A stretch of DNA of 64,000 nt from positions 96,001-160,000 of IMG/VR virus record IMGVR_UViG_3300031414_000008; one strand, 5' to 3'. The stretch is from a virus. This document shows positions 7,546 through 15,017 of this stretch, piece by piece (within the stretch, counting starts at the first letter, position 1; every line of letters begins with the position of its first letter). The notes beneath the pieces were generated by a model, which saw only the letters and a program-made list of their open reading frames with translations, had not been told where the DNA came from and ran no database searches. Made by a program: the position numbers and the translations under genes.

Positions 7546-8025
7546 ATGAACTACTACGTAAGTGCCTTCTCTTGGCGTAACCTCCCCAAGTTCCCGATCG
7601 ACATCGAAGACTTCACTCAGTTCCATCCGTGCTACGACCTCCTCGAAGAGAAGCTGCGGGAGAATCCCAACGCGTACTTCACCATCCAGATCACCCTGGA
7701 GGAGGAAAACCCTGAGGACGATCAACAGTTTATCATCCAGTACCGCTACGCCGAACCCGGTAAAATCAATGCCATCCTATGCAATGACAAGGAGCAGTGT
7801 CTGCACGACAACTACCTCCTGTTCATTACAGCGGAGCACAAACTTAAAGGTGTGCCAATTGACGCCCAGGCTGAAGAAGATCCCGAAGACATTGTTAAAA
7901 TCATCTTAGAATATGGCGGACACATCGCCCAAGGCATCCAGTGGGCCGCCTTCCTTCTACGGGAGAACGGTGAGCGGGGCCTTACTCAGTATTTCGATGA
8001 TTTACCAACACAGGAGCTCCACTAA
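7546..8025 (+). CDS. acidic hypothetical protein
   Basis: AGGAG RBS before ATG 7546. Confidence 0.65.
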   Translation: MNYYVSAFSWRNLPKFPIDIEDFTQFHPCYDLLEEKLRENPNAYFTIQITLEEENPEDDQQFIIQYRYAEPGKINAILCNDKEQCLHDNYLLFITAEHKLKGVPIDAQAEEDPEDIVKIILEYGGHIAQGIQWAAFLLRENGERGLTQYFDDLPTQELH

Positions 8026-9830
8026 TGACTGAAAGCACGAAGACGCTGAACTCCACGGCGTCTACTCTCAAGAAGAACCCTGGACGCATTGGCCGATTGG
8101 TCAAGGCAGCCAAGCTTCTGATCGTGCCTCCTAAACAGTACGCCACCGGTAAGTCCAAAGAGTTGCTCGAAGCAGCTGTCGCTAAGCTCAAGGCCAAGCG
8201 GGGACTTAACGGGGTCGTCGGGGAAGGTGCGGGTCCGTTCTCGGACAAAGCCCTGCAGAAATCTGCAGCGGATGAAGGCAAGACGATGGTCGCAGGTACC
8301 GCAGCCGGTGCCTTGACCGCTAACGCTATCGCCGGACCGATTCGTTCAGCGAAGGCGGATAGTCATCTCAGCCGTATGCATAAGACTAAACGTGACAAAG
8401 ACTTCAAGAAGGTCCTTGCCGGCAAGATGCCGAAGCGGGATACCTTGAAGTTCGATGATACTGCAGGTCGCCGTATCGGTAAGGTTCTAAAGAAGAGCGT
8501 CCGGTACACTACCGGTAAGGGTGCGGCAGCAGGTGCAGTACTGACGGGAGCCGCGTTGCTCGGCCGTCAAATGAAAAAAGAGGCTAGCATGAACAAAGAA
8601 GCAGTAGACAAATCAACGAAGGACAAGGCCCTGGCGGCTTCGGCAGTCGGTTCCGGTGCGGCACTGGGAGGCGTACTGACTCATGACGCGAAGAAGTCTC
8701 GTGTGGCTTCCCGCCTGGGCACTAAGGGTGCGTACAAGCACATGGCCAATCCTTCGGTAGAGGGTGCAGCGAAGCGTCTGGCGGACTCTGCCAAGACGAT
8801 GCGTCGTATGGGTAAACCACTGAAGCGTGCTGGCATTAAGGGTGCGATCGTGGGTGGTCTGGCCGGTGCCGCACTGGGTGCCGCTCACCTGAAGAAGGAA
8901 GCGGAAGTCGTCGATATGGCGGCTGAACGTAACAAGCGTGCCGCTGACAAGATGTCTCAGTCACAGAAGACCTTCAAAGCGATGAAGGGTCGTGGCGAAG
9001 CCGCTAAGAAGCTGGCCAGTAAAGCTAAGCTGAAAGGTGCGGGTAAGCTCGGTCTGGCTGCCGCTGCAGGCGCTGCAGTTGGTGCTGCAGTAGCTGGCCA
9101 CAAGAAAGAAGCAGGCATCCTGAACTCCCGTACCGTTCAGCAACGTGGTGCCCAAGCCCTCAAGGTTCTGAAGCGTGCCCAGAGCATTGAGAAAGTCAAA
9201 GTGGATCGTCTCAAGAGTCACGCTAAGAAAGGCCTGGTAGGCGGTGCGATCGTCGCTGGCGGCGTTGCCGTGACCAAGAAAAATGAGGAGCTGAAGAAGC
9301 AAGCCGCTGCCCTCGTGATCAAGGACGGCAAGAAGTACCGTAAGGGTACTGTGGGTTCAGCAGCTTCTAAGGTTGCGACCGCGGCAGGTGTCGTCTCTGC
9401 TCTGCGTGGGCGTAACCTCAAGGGTGTCGCGAAGTCTGTCCTGAAGGGTGGAGCACTGGGTGGTGCCTACGGTACCGTTCGTGGCGCTAACCGTCTGCGT
9501 AAAGGCGAAGTGTCTCTGTCCAAGGACGAGATGAAGAAGCTGACCAAGAAGGCCGCCGAGCTGCTACACCACAATGGTCAAGACATTCGTCGTGGAACCA
9601 TCGGTTCTGCAGCCGGTAAGATGGCCCTGACCGGTGCTGGCCTCGGTGCCCTGGCGGGTCTGGCGGCAGGTCCGGTCGGGATGGTTGCCGGTGGTGCTAT
9701 CGGCGGATTTAACGGTGCGGTCACCGGCGGTCTGTACGGTATTGCCCGTGGCGCTCTGCGTTCACAGGACGGGGAAGTCTCAATGGATCCAACGAAGTTC
9801 GATAAACTGAAGGCGAAGGTATCTAAATGA
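8025..9830 (+). CDS. modular basic glycine-zipper protein with repeated K-x-A motifs
   Basis: 601 aa; repeated basic + GAxxG hydrophobic units separated by KKEA/KKQA/KKAA. Confidence 0.65.
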   Translation: MTESTKTLNSTASTLKKNPGRIGRLVKAAKLLIVPPKQYATGKSKELLEAAVAKLKAKRGLNGVVGEGAGPFSDKALQKSAADEGKTMVAGTAAGALTANAIAGPIRSAKADSHLSRMHKTKRDKDFKKVLAGKMPKRDTLKFDDTAGRRIGKVLKKSVRYTTGKGAAAGAVLTGAALLGRQMKKEASMNKEAVDKSTKDKALAASAVGSGAALGGVLTHDAKKSRVASRLGTKGAYKHMANPSVEGAAKRLADSAKTMRRMGKPLKRAGIKGAIVGGLAGAALGAAHLKKEAEVVDMAAERNKRAADKMSQSQKTFKAMKGRGEAAKKLASKAKLKGAGKLGLAAAAGAAVGAAVAGHKKEAGILNSRTVQQRGAQALKVLKRAQSIEKVKVDRLKSHAKKGLVGGAIVAGGVAVTKKNEELKKQAAALVIKDGKKYRKGTVGSAASKVATAAGVVSALRGRNLKGVAKSVLKGGALGGAYGTVRGANRLRKGEVSLSKDEMKKLTKKAAELLHHNGQDIRRGTIGSAAGKMALTGAGLGALAGLAAGPVGMVAGGAIGGFNGAVTGGLYGIARGALRSQDGEVSMDPTKFDKLKAKVSK

Positions 9831-10498
9831 GTAAAGAAAGCGCCAAGAACGAAGGACGTAAATCGGCGCTAGCAGGGGCGGCTTCGGCCGTCCTCGCTTC
9901 CAAGTCGTCGAAGAACATCCTCGGCTATGAGAAAGTTCACCACGGCACCCAAACACTCTCCGCAGCACAGAGTATTCGGGAGAAAGGAATTCTCAAGCGT
10001 CATTCCGGGTCGGGGATAGCTAAAGATGACATTGCCCTAGGTCATTTATCGCCGAAAGAGGCTAAAGGTAAGGTTTACACGAGTACGAGCAAACATCTTG
10101 CGGACGCTCATCGTCCTAAGATGGGGGCTATGCACATGGGTGATCGAGTGACGGCCCGTATGCCATACCGAGCGAAGCACCGTTTGGGAGAAGACACCGT
10201 ATTCGCCAATGCTGCCAAAGGTAAGATCGGAGATCCTTCCGATGTAGCCCCTGCTAAGCGAGCGTTGAAGACACTTCGTATTTACAAGCATGACGTGAAA
10301 CCCCGTTTCATCGTCGGTGGTGCACACGATGGCGGTCGTCGTCAGTTCGCAACCAAGGGTAACATGCGTCGGTACCTCTCCCAGGCCGGCGGTAAAGCCC
10401 GTTTCGCTAAGGGTGTTGCCCAGGCAGCCGGTGCGGTCGGTGGCGGCATGTACGCCGTGGCCAAAGCGATCCAAGCCCGGAAGGAGGCGAAGAAATGA
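9827..10498 (+). CDS. ADP-ribosyltransferase-fold protein (KptA/PARP-like)
   Basis: VHHGT...IREKGIL...VYTSTSKHLA pattern. Confidence 0.5.
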   Translation: MSKESAKNEGRKSALAGAASAVLASKSSKNILGYEKVHHGTQTLSAAQSIREKGILKRHSGSGIAKDDIALGHLSPKEAKGKVYTSTSKHLADAHRPKMGAMHMGDRVTARMPYRAKHRLGEDTVFANAAKGKIGDPSDVAPAKRALKTLRIYKHDVKPRFIVGGAHDGGRRQFATKGNMRRYLSQAGGKARFAKGVAQAAGAVGGGMYAVAKAIQARKEAKK

Positions 10499-10881
10499 GT
10501 TTGTACAAGTACGCCAAGACCTTGAACGAAATCAAAGAGGAACGTTCTCACCGTAACCGCCGTCTGAAGGCGGCCCCGTACATCGTAGGCGGACTGGCGG
10601 GGGCGGCTTCGATCGCCCACGACACGACCCGCAAGACCGGAGCCTCACAGATGAAGTGGAAAGGCGGGAAGCTGACGAAGGTTCCTCAGCGTCAGTACCA
10701 CTTGCTGCGTAACGGCGGTGCATCCATCGGTAAACACGTGGAGAACTCCGTGATGCGTGCAGCACCTAAGGCCGCTGCTGCCGGTTTCCTGACAGCCGGT
10801 GCCGGCGCTCTGTATAAGTACGTTGCAGAGGAACGAGCTCGTCGTCAAGAGAAAGCACGACGTGCGGAACTCGCTAAATAA
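10495..10881 (+). CDS. basic glycine-zipper protein
   Basis: MSLYKYAK N-terminus, two GxxxG segments. Confidence 0.6.
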   Translation: MSLYKYAKTLNEIKEERSHRNRRLKAAPYIVGGLAGAASIAHDTTRKTGASQMKWKGGKLTKVPQRQYHLLRNGGASIGKHVENSVMRAAPKAAAAGFLTAGAGALYKYVAEERARRQEKARRAELAK

Positions 10882-10900
10882 GGCCCTTCGGGGCCTTTTT
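10881..10900 (+). terminator. intrinsic terminator
   Basis: AGGCCC-TTCG-GGGCCT-TTTT. Confidence 0.85.
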
Positions 10901-10903
10901 AGT

Positions 10904-10913
10904 GGTATAAGTA
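10904..10913 (+). promoter_or_regulatory. GGTATAAGTA promoter-like motif
   Basis: Immediately after the terminator. Confidence 0.7.
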
Positions 10914-10928
10914 TAGTGGAGGTAACCT

Positions 10929-11105
10929 ATGTTACTAGAAAAACTGCTCGACCTGTATAACCGGGGTGATCTCGAGGCTCTTCGACAGGCTGTCATTGAG
11001 AATCAAGACACACTGACTTTCAACGCAAATCTCTTGGTATCTTACCCAGACTTCACGGCCCAGTGCCTTAAAATTCTGGAAGAAACCAAGAGGAATTCTT
11101 CATGA
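10929..11105 (+). CDS. hypothetical protein (58 aa)
   Basis: GGAGG RBS; ATGA overlap with the next gene. Confidence 0.6.
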   Translation: MLLEKLLDLYNRGDLEALRQAVIENQDTLTFNANLLVSYPDFTAQCLKILEETKRNSS

Positions 11106-11872
11106 TCAAGTACGCGTATAAACTGGCGGATTTCGCCAAAGGGATCAAAGCAGTCCGGGCCAAGGGATTGGTCCACCGCCGCAACCTCACCGTCCACATG
11201 GACCCGGATGCCGCAAAGGTAACGATGCCGACCACTAAGGGCCAGGGTAACGGTCCGATGGCGTTAACCATGCACGGCAAAGACATCTCCGGTCACCGAG
11301 AGGGCTGGCATGTTGACTTAAATTCTCACCGGAAGGGTATCTACGCCCGCGGTCAGGCCCATAACGTTCTGAACGATGTCCACAAATCGATGCACCCTCA
11401 CGGCATTGACAGTAAGAGTATGAGCGGGGGCGACCGTAAGGCGGCCAACCACATCGTTCTTCGTCATGAAATGGATGAGCACCGTGCCTTGAAAGACTTG
11501 CGGAAGCACCACAAGAACAACAACGGTAGCTCCTTCGTCGGAACCTCTCACTTGGCCCCGTCTGTTCTGCTCCGTGAGAGCAACAACGTGGCTAAGCTCG
11601 GGGCCGGTACCCGCAGTAAAGAACTCTACCACAAGGCTAAAGGTCTCATGGTTTCAACGCGTCGTTCAAGCGGAGAAGCCGATCACCTGAAAGGTATGAT
11701 CGAGAGTTACCAGGCACCGAAGCGTAAGAACGTGGTGTTCAAGAACCATAAGCCAACTCACGCTCCGATGAACTATGAGTATGGTAAGACTCGACTCTCC
11801 CGTCACGCGATCAAGGCGATGGACAAGGCGTCGATCCGTCAAGGCCACACCGTGGTCGTGCCGAAGAGTTGA
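11102..11872 (+). CDS. basic His-rich protein with HExxE motif
   Basis: MIKYAYKLA N-terminus; LRHEMDEH. Confidence 0.6.
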   Translation: MIKYAYKLADFAKGIKAVRAKGLVHRRNLTVHMDPDAAKVTMPTTKGQGNGPMALTMHGKDISGHREGWHVDLNSHRKGIYARGQAHNVLNDVHKSMHPHGIDSKSMSGGDRKAANHIVLRHEMDEHRALKDLRKHHKNNNGSSFVGTSHLAPSVLLRESNNVAKLGAGTRSKELYHKAKGLMVSTRRSSGEADHLKGMIESYQAPKRKNVVFKNHKPTHAPMNYEYGKTRLSRHAIKAMDKASIRQGHTVVVPKS

Positions 11873-11924
11873 TCTACCGCTTTTTAGCTGGTAAGATCTT
11901 TCCGACTACTCACAGGAGAACACT

Positions 11925-12152
11925 ATGAAAGACCAACACACCAAGATTAAAGGCTATCGTGATCTGGACCAATGGGATATCGACACCATGAATCGCATCA
12001 AGGACGCCGGTAACGCACTGGGCGCTCTGATCGAAGACCTGCAGGCCCAAGAGGGTATCGATCAAGTCTTCCTGGCGACCGGTAAGGCCGACGTCCAGAA
12101 AGGTCTGGCGATGATCATCCGTTCGATTGCCCAACCGTCAACGTTCTGCTAA
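11925..12152 (+). CDS. acb2: anti-CBASS sponge protein Acb2 homologue
   Basis: QHTKIKGYRDL...MNRIK...GKADVQKGLAMIIRSIAQP matches the Acb2 family pattern. Confidence 0.85.
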   Translation: MKDQHTKIKGYRDLDQWDIDTMNRIKDAGNALGALIEDLQAQEGIDQVFLATGKADVQKGLAMIIRSIAQPSTFC

Positions 12153-12286
12153 TGTACGATTGGTTGGCGGTAATTATGCTCTACGTCTGCATGGGTACGA
12201 TGCTCTGTGCGGCGATGAGGGAATGTCAGAGGGCCGGGAAATCGGGACCCCTTATCGAATTCATTGGTAACTCATTCATTCCGTAA
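12152..12286 (+). CDS. small membrane protein (44 aa)
   Basis: TAATG coupling; hydrophobic N-terminus. Confidence 0.45.
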   Translation: MYDWLAVIMLYVCMGTMLCAAMRECQRAGKSGPLIEFIGNSFIP

Positions 12287-12291
12287 ATCCT

Positions 12292-12314
12292 AAAGCTCCT
12301 TCGGGAGCTTTTTT
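12292..12314 (+). terminator. intrinsic terminator
   Basis: AAAGCTCC-TTCG-GGAGCTTT-TTT. Confidence 0.85.
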
Positions 12315-12325
12315 ACATTTAGGGG

Positions 12326-12355
12326 TTGACACCCTGTTCGCCACTCGGTTATGAT
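12326..12355 (+). promoter_or_regulatory. sigma70-type promoter
   Basis: TTGACA-18-TATGAT. Confidence 0.75.
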
Positions 12356-12360
12356 CAGTC

Positions 12361-12519
12361 CATCGCTCCCTGGTACGTGGGAGGATAAAACGGCAGCGGA
12401 TCTCACTGGGCCCTCTCTTTGAAGATCACTGATAACGTACAAGGCAGGGTTTTTCATAGGGTTGCTCCCTCGGTTTTTACCCCTTAGCCGGTAGTCACGC
12501 CGGTGCCGACAGAGTGATG
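12361..12519 (+). ncRNA. rod-like structured ncRNA candidate
   Basis: 5'/3' end pairing CATCGCTC/GAGTGATG plus further nested helices; starts at the predicted +1. Confidence 0.55.
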
Positions 12520-12523
12520 GTGC

Positions 12524-12599
12524 GGTTCTGTAGCTCAGCGGTTAGAGCGCTCGCCTGTTAAGCGAGGGGTCGATGGTTCAAATCCATCCAGTTCCGCCA
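12524..12599 (+). tRNA. tRNA-Asn(GTT)
   Basis: Loop CT-GTT-AA, CCA. Confidence 0.93.
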
Positions 12600-12622
12600 A
12601 ATATTTCAACCAGGAGAAGATA

Positions 12623-12925
12623 ATGGCACATATCGTTGGTCAACTTACTGCAGCAGAACCTAAGGGTCCTGCTTACACGCTGGAAAGTCTGGAGAACCAC
12701 GCGACTCACGTTCGCACAAACACTCTGGACATCAACGCGGGACTGCGTAAAGTCTTAACTCTTCTCCGCGGTGAGGAGCTCTGTGGTCAGGGACTCAGTG
12801 AATCCACCCCGGTCTGTGGCAAATTGGCAGAGATCTCGGTTATTCTGCAAGGCACTCGCAGCAATCAGGATGAAACCTTCCGATTGGTCGCTGAGTTGCA
12901 GAGTTTGTTAAATGTTGACGCCTGA
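12623..12925 (+). CDS. hypothetical protein
   Basis: AGGAG RBS, 100 aa. Confidence 0.7.
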   Translation: MAHIVGQLTAAEPKGPAYTLESLENHATHVRTNTLDINAGLRKVLTLLRGEELCGQGLSESTPVCGKLAEISVILQGTRSNQDETFRLVAELQSLLNVDA

Positions 12926-12956
12926 ACAGAGTAGGGCGTACGAGAAGTTAAGCGTT

Positions 12957-13041
12957 GGGGCGGTGGCGGAATTGGCAGACGCACTGGATTTAGGTTCCAG
13001 CGGGGCAACCCGTGAGAGTTCAAGTCTCTCCCGCCCTACCA
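12957..13041 (+). tRNA. tRNA-Leu(TAG)
   Basis: Loop TT-TAG-GT, variable arm, CCA. Confidence 0.95.
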
Positions 13042-13044
13042 AAG

Positions 13045-13128
13045 CCGAGAGTGGTGAAGTGGAAAACACAGGTGACTTAAAATCATCCGCTTAAATGCTC
13101 GAGGGTTCGAATCCCTCCTCTCGGACCA
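13045..13128 (+). tRNA. tRNA-Leu(TAA)
   Basis: Loop CT-TAA-AA, variable arm, CCA. Confidence 0.95.
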
Positions 13129-13130
13129 AA

Positions 13131-13214
13131 GAGCTTATTTGCCCGCGTACGGTGAGGACGAAACCAGTTTACTGGGGCGTGCCAATTAACTACGGTGCGG
13201 GGCCAAATAAGCTT
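13131..13214 (+). ncRNA. structured inter-tRNA RNA
   Basis: 11-bp terminal stem GAGCTTATTTG/CAAATAAGCTT plus CCCGC/GCGGG. Confidence 0.5.
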
Positions 13215-13216
13215 TT

Positions 13217-13292
13217 GCTTCAATAGCTCAGTTGGTAGAGCAACCGCCTTGTAAGCGGTAGGTCGTGGGTTCGAAGCCTACTTGGAGCACCA
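13217..13292 (+). tRNA. tRNA-Thr(TGT)
   Basis: Loop CT-TGT-AA, CCA. Confidence 0.95.
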
Positions 13293-13483
13293 TGGACATA
13301 GTGAAAGACAGCCTAGTGAAAGACGGAAAGTTGATCGTCCACATAGGCCGAGAGGACATTGACGGGACACGTTTCTTCCTGTTAACGCCGGAGACGGCCG
13401 TCGAAGTCCGCAAGTTAATCGATAAGTTTCTGGATGGACAGGGAGAAGATACTGGGGCAGGCGCCAGCAAGGTATCTGAGTGA
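13292..13483 (+). CDS. hypothetical protein (63 aa)
   Basis: GGAG upstream inside the tRNA 3' end; ATG overlaps the CCA. Confidence 0.45.
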   Translation: MDIVKDSLVKDGKLIVHIGREDIDGTRFFLLTPETAVEVRKLIDKFLDGQGEDTGAGASKVSE

Positions 13484-13508
13484 GGTTCGATTCCTTACAC
13501 ATCCACCA
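13432..13508 (+). ncRNA. D-armless tRNA-like element
   Basis: GGATG/CATCC-A-CCA, T arm GTGAGG-TTCGATT-CCTTAC, long arm AGATAC/GTATCT. Confidence 0.5.
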
Positions 13509-13509
13509 T

Positions 13510-13584
13510 GCATCACAAGTGTTGTCGGTGGCACAGCGTCCTTCCAAGTCGCAGGGACCGGTTCGAGACCGGTGTGATGCTCCA
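13510..13584 (+). tRNA. tRNA-Gly(TCC)
   Basis: Loop CT-TCC-AA, U73, CCA. Confidence 0.93.
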
Positions 13585-13648
13585 AATTAGTCTCCTAGCC
13601 AGGTAGTCCTGGTGAATTCCGGCAATGTAGTCGGAAGGGAGCACAAAC

Positions 13649-13724
13649 GGTAGTGTAGCTCAGTTGGCAGAGCGACTCCCTCATAAGGAGGAGGTCGGTG
13701 GTTCAATCCCACCCATTACCACCA
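13649..13724 (+). tRNA. tRNA-Met(CAT) (elongator, or Ile2 if lysidinylated)
   Basis: Loop CT-CAT-AA, CCA. Confidence 0.9.
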
Positions 13725-13828
13725 GATAGTTGATGCAGTGCCCGTAATGGAGGTGATCACTATCTTGATGGTCCTAATGGACAAGTCCTGCAGTACCGCC
13801 GCGAGGCAGCACACAGGGGCGAACCAAT

Positions 13829-13903
13829 TGCGAGGTAGAGAAGCGGCATCTTGCCAGCCTCATAAGCTGGAGATCGGTGGTTCGAGTCCACCTCTCGCAT
13901 CCA
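13829..13903 (+). tRNA. tRNA-Met(CAT), probably initiator-like
   Basis: TGCGAGG acceptor, loop CT-CAT-AA, CCA. Confidence 0.85.
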
Positions 13904-13974
13904 ACAGATCAGCCGAACCGATGTACCATTAATAGTGCACTAAGTGCCTTAATGATCGTTTTATGGTACATCGG

Positions 13975-14051
13975 TGCGGCCGTATCCTAAGTGGCAAGGA
14001 CCCAGGTTGTGATCCTGGTCTACGTGGTTTCGATTACCACCGGTCGCCCCA
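13975..14051 (+). tRNA. tRNA-His(GTG)
   Basis: Loop TT-GTG-AT, C73, CCA; position -1 is T rather than G. Confidence 0.9.
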
Positions 14052-14065
14052 AACAGGAGATTCCT

Positions 14066-14224
14066 ATGAAGCCTTACGGTTTGAAGCTCGGCGGAAACCC
14101 AGGTTGTAACTGCGGTCGATGTCGTCGTCGTGGTTGGCGTGAAGGCGCTACTCAGAATACAATCTGCAAGTCTTCCGCACGACAGGAAGCAAAGCGTATC
14201 ATCAATGGCGAGTTGGCAGAGTGA
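14066..14224 (+). CDS. small basic Cys-containing protein (52 aa)
   Basis: AGGAG RBS; PGCNCGRC. Confidence 0.6.
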   Translation: MKPYGLKLGGNPGCNCGRCRRRGWREGATQNTICKSSARQEAKRIINGELAE

Positions 14225-14280
14225 CTATGTGCTCGGTTGCAACCCGAGTTAGAGAGGTTAGAATCCTCTACTCGCCTCCA
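14207..14280 (+). tRNA. tRNA-Cys(GCA)
   Basis: Loop TT-GCA-AC, U73, CCA. Confidence 0.93.
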
Positions 14281-14287
14281 AATTAAG

Positions 14288-14316
14288 TTGACACTTCAGT
14301 ACATTCCTCGTACTAT
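14288..14316 (+). promoter_or_regulatory. sigma70-type promoter
   Basis: TTGACA-17-TACTAT. Confidence 0.8.
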
Positions 14317-14323
14317 TCTCTCT

Positions 14324-14397
14324 GGGGGCTTCGTCTAGTGGTAAGACAACAGCTTCCAAACCTGATAACCGGCGTTCGATTCGTCGAGCCCCTGCCA
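14324..14397 (+). tRNA. tRNA-Trp(CCA)
   Basis: Loop TT-CCA-AA, G73, CCA. Confidence 0.9.
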
Positions 14398-14408
14398 GAG
14401 AGAACACT

Positions 14409-14585
14409 ATGCAAATCCTTAAAGCTGTAGACCTCCTGCATGATGCCGGAGCCATCACTACCGAATTTCATACTCAAGTTCATGCTGCGAGCAAGGACAA
14501 ACCGTCTTTGTACTTAACGCTCATCGTCAAGGTACTTGAGATCATCGTCAAAGTCGTGAAGTACCTCGCGGAGAAACGCAAATGA
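14409..14585 (+). CDS. hypothetical protein (58 aa)
   Basis: Open frame with ATGA coupling to the next gene. Confidence 0.55.
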   Translation: MQILKAVDLLHDAGAITTEFHTQVHAASKDKPSLYLTLIVKVLEIIVKVVKYLAEKRK

Positions 14586-14770
14586 ACTACGAACAGTTAA
14601 AGAAAGACGTCCACGCCATCTATTTAACCGGAGAGATTCCGCAGTGGGTGGCACTCTACGTCATGGGCTTGAAGCCTTCTAAGCGTTGGATCATCACGAA
14701 GCTCCACCTCGGGATCCAGTTCATCGTGAAGAAGATCCTGGAAGACATTAAGAATGACCGTAAAGACTAA
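14582..14770 (+). CDS. hypothetical protein
   Basis: GGAG RBS, 62 aa. Confidence 0.6.
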   Translation: MNYEQLKKDVHAIYLTGEIPQWVALYVMGLKPSKRWIITKLHLGIQFIVKKILEDIKNDRKD

Positions 14771-15017
14771 TATTCGCGTCACACGGATCAAAAACAACTG
14801 GCATTCCCGTTTGTTCGTCAACGGGTTGCTGGTTGACGAGATGTCGTGTAAACTGAAAGAAGACATCGGTTGGTGTTGCCGTACGATGATGCGGTGGGCC
14901 GATAAGATGGGTAGGGGCAATGCTCATACCTCCAGTGCTCGACACCGCAATGTAGGCGGTCCTGTCGGGCAGGTGAAGTACCTAGGTAAATATATTACGG
15001 AGAAAATCATGCTGTAG
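14754..15017 (+). CDS. hypothetical protein ending at the TAG shared with the Pth-like frame
   Basis: 87 aa, same frame as 15018-15341. Confidence 0.6.
   Translation: MTVKTNIRVTRIKNNWHSRLFVNGLLVDEMSCKLKEDIGWCCRTMMRWADKMGRGNAHTSSARHRNVGGPVGQVKYLGKYITEKIML

Noticed and set aside
11889-11898. GGTAAGATCT upstream of acb2 as a promoter-motif copy
   Set aside because: It lacks the TATAA core, so it was not counted.
12931-12938. 8-nt complement (GTAGGGCG) to the 3' end of tRNA-Leu(TAG)
   Set aside because: It is too short to separate from chance or from a duplicated acceptor remnant.
13141-13185. Hammerhead ribozyme (GTGAGGACGAAAC looks like stem II plus GAAA)
   Set aside because: There is no CUGAUGA core upstream and no UH cleavage triplet after the candidate stem III.
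13432-13508. tmRNA or a tmRNA fragment
   Set aside because: It lacks G3:U70, pseudoknots and a tag reading frame.
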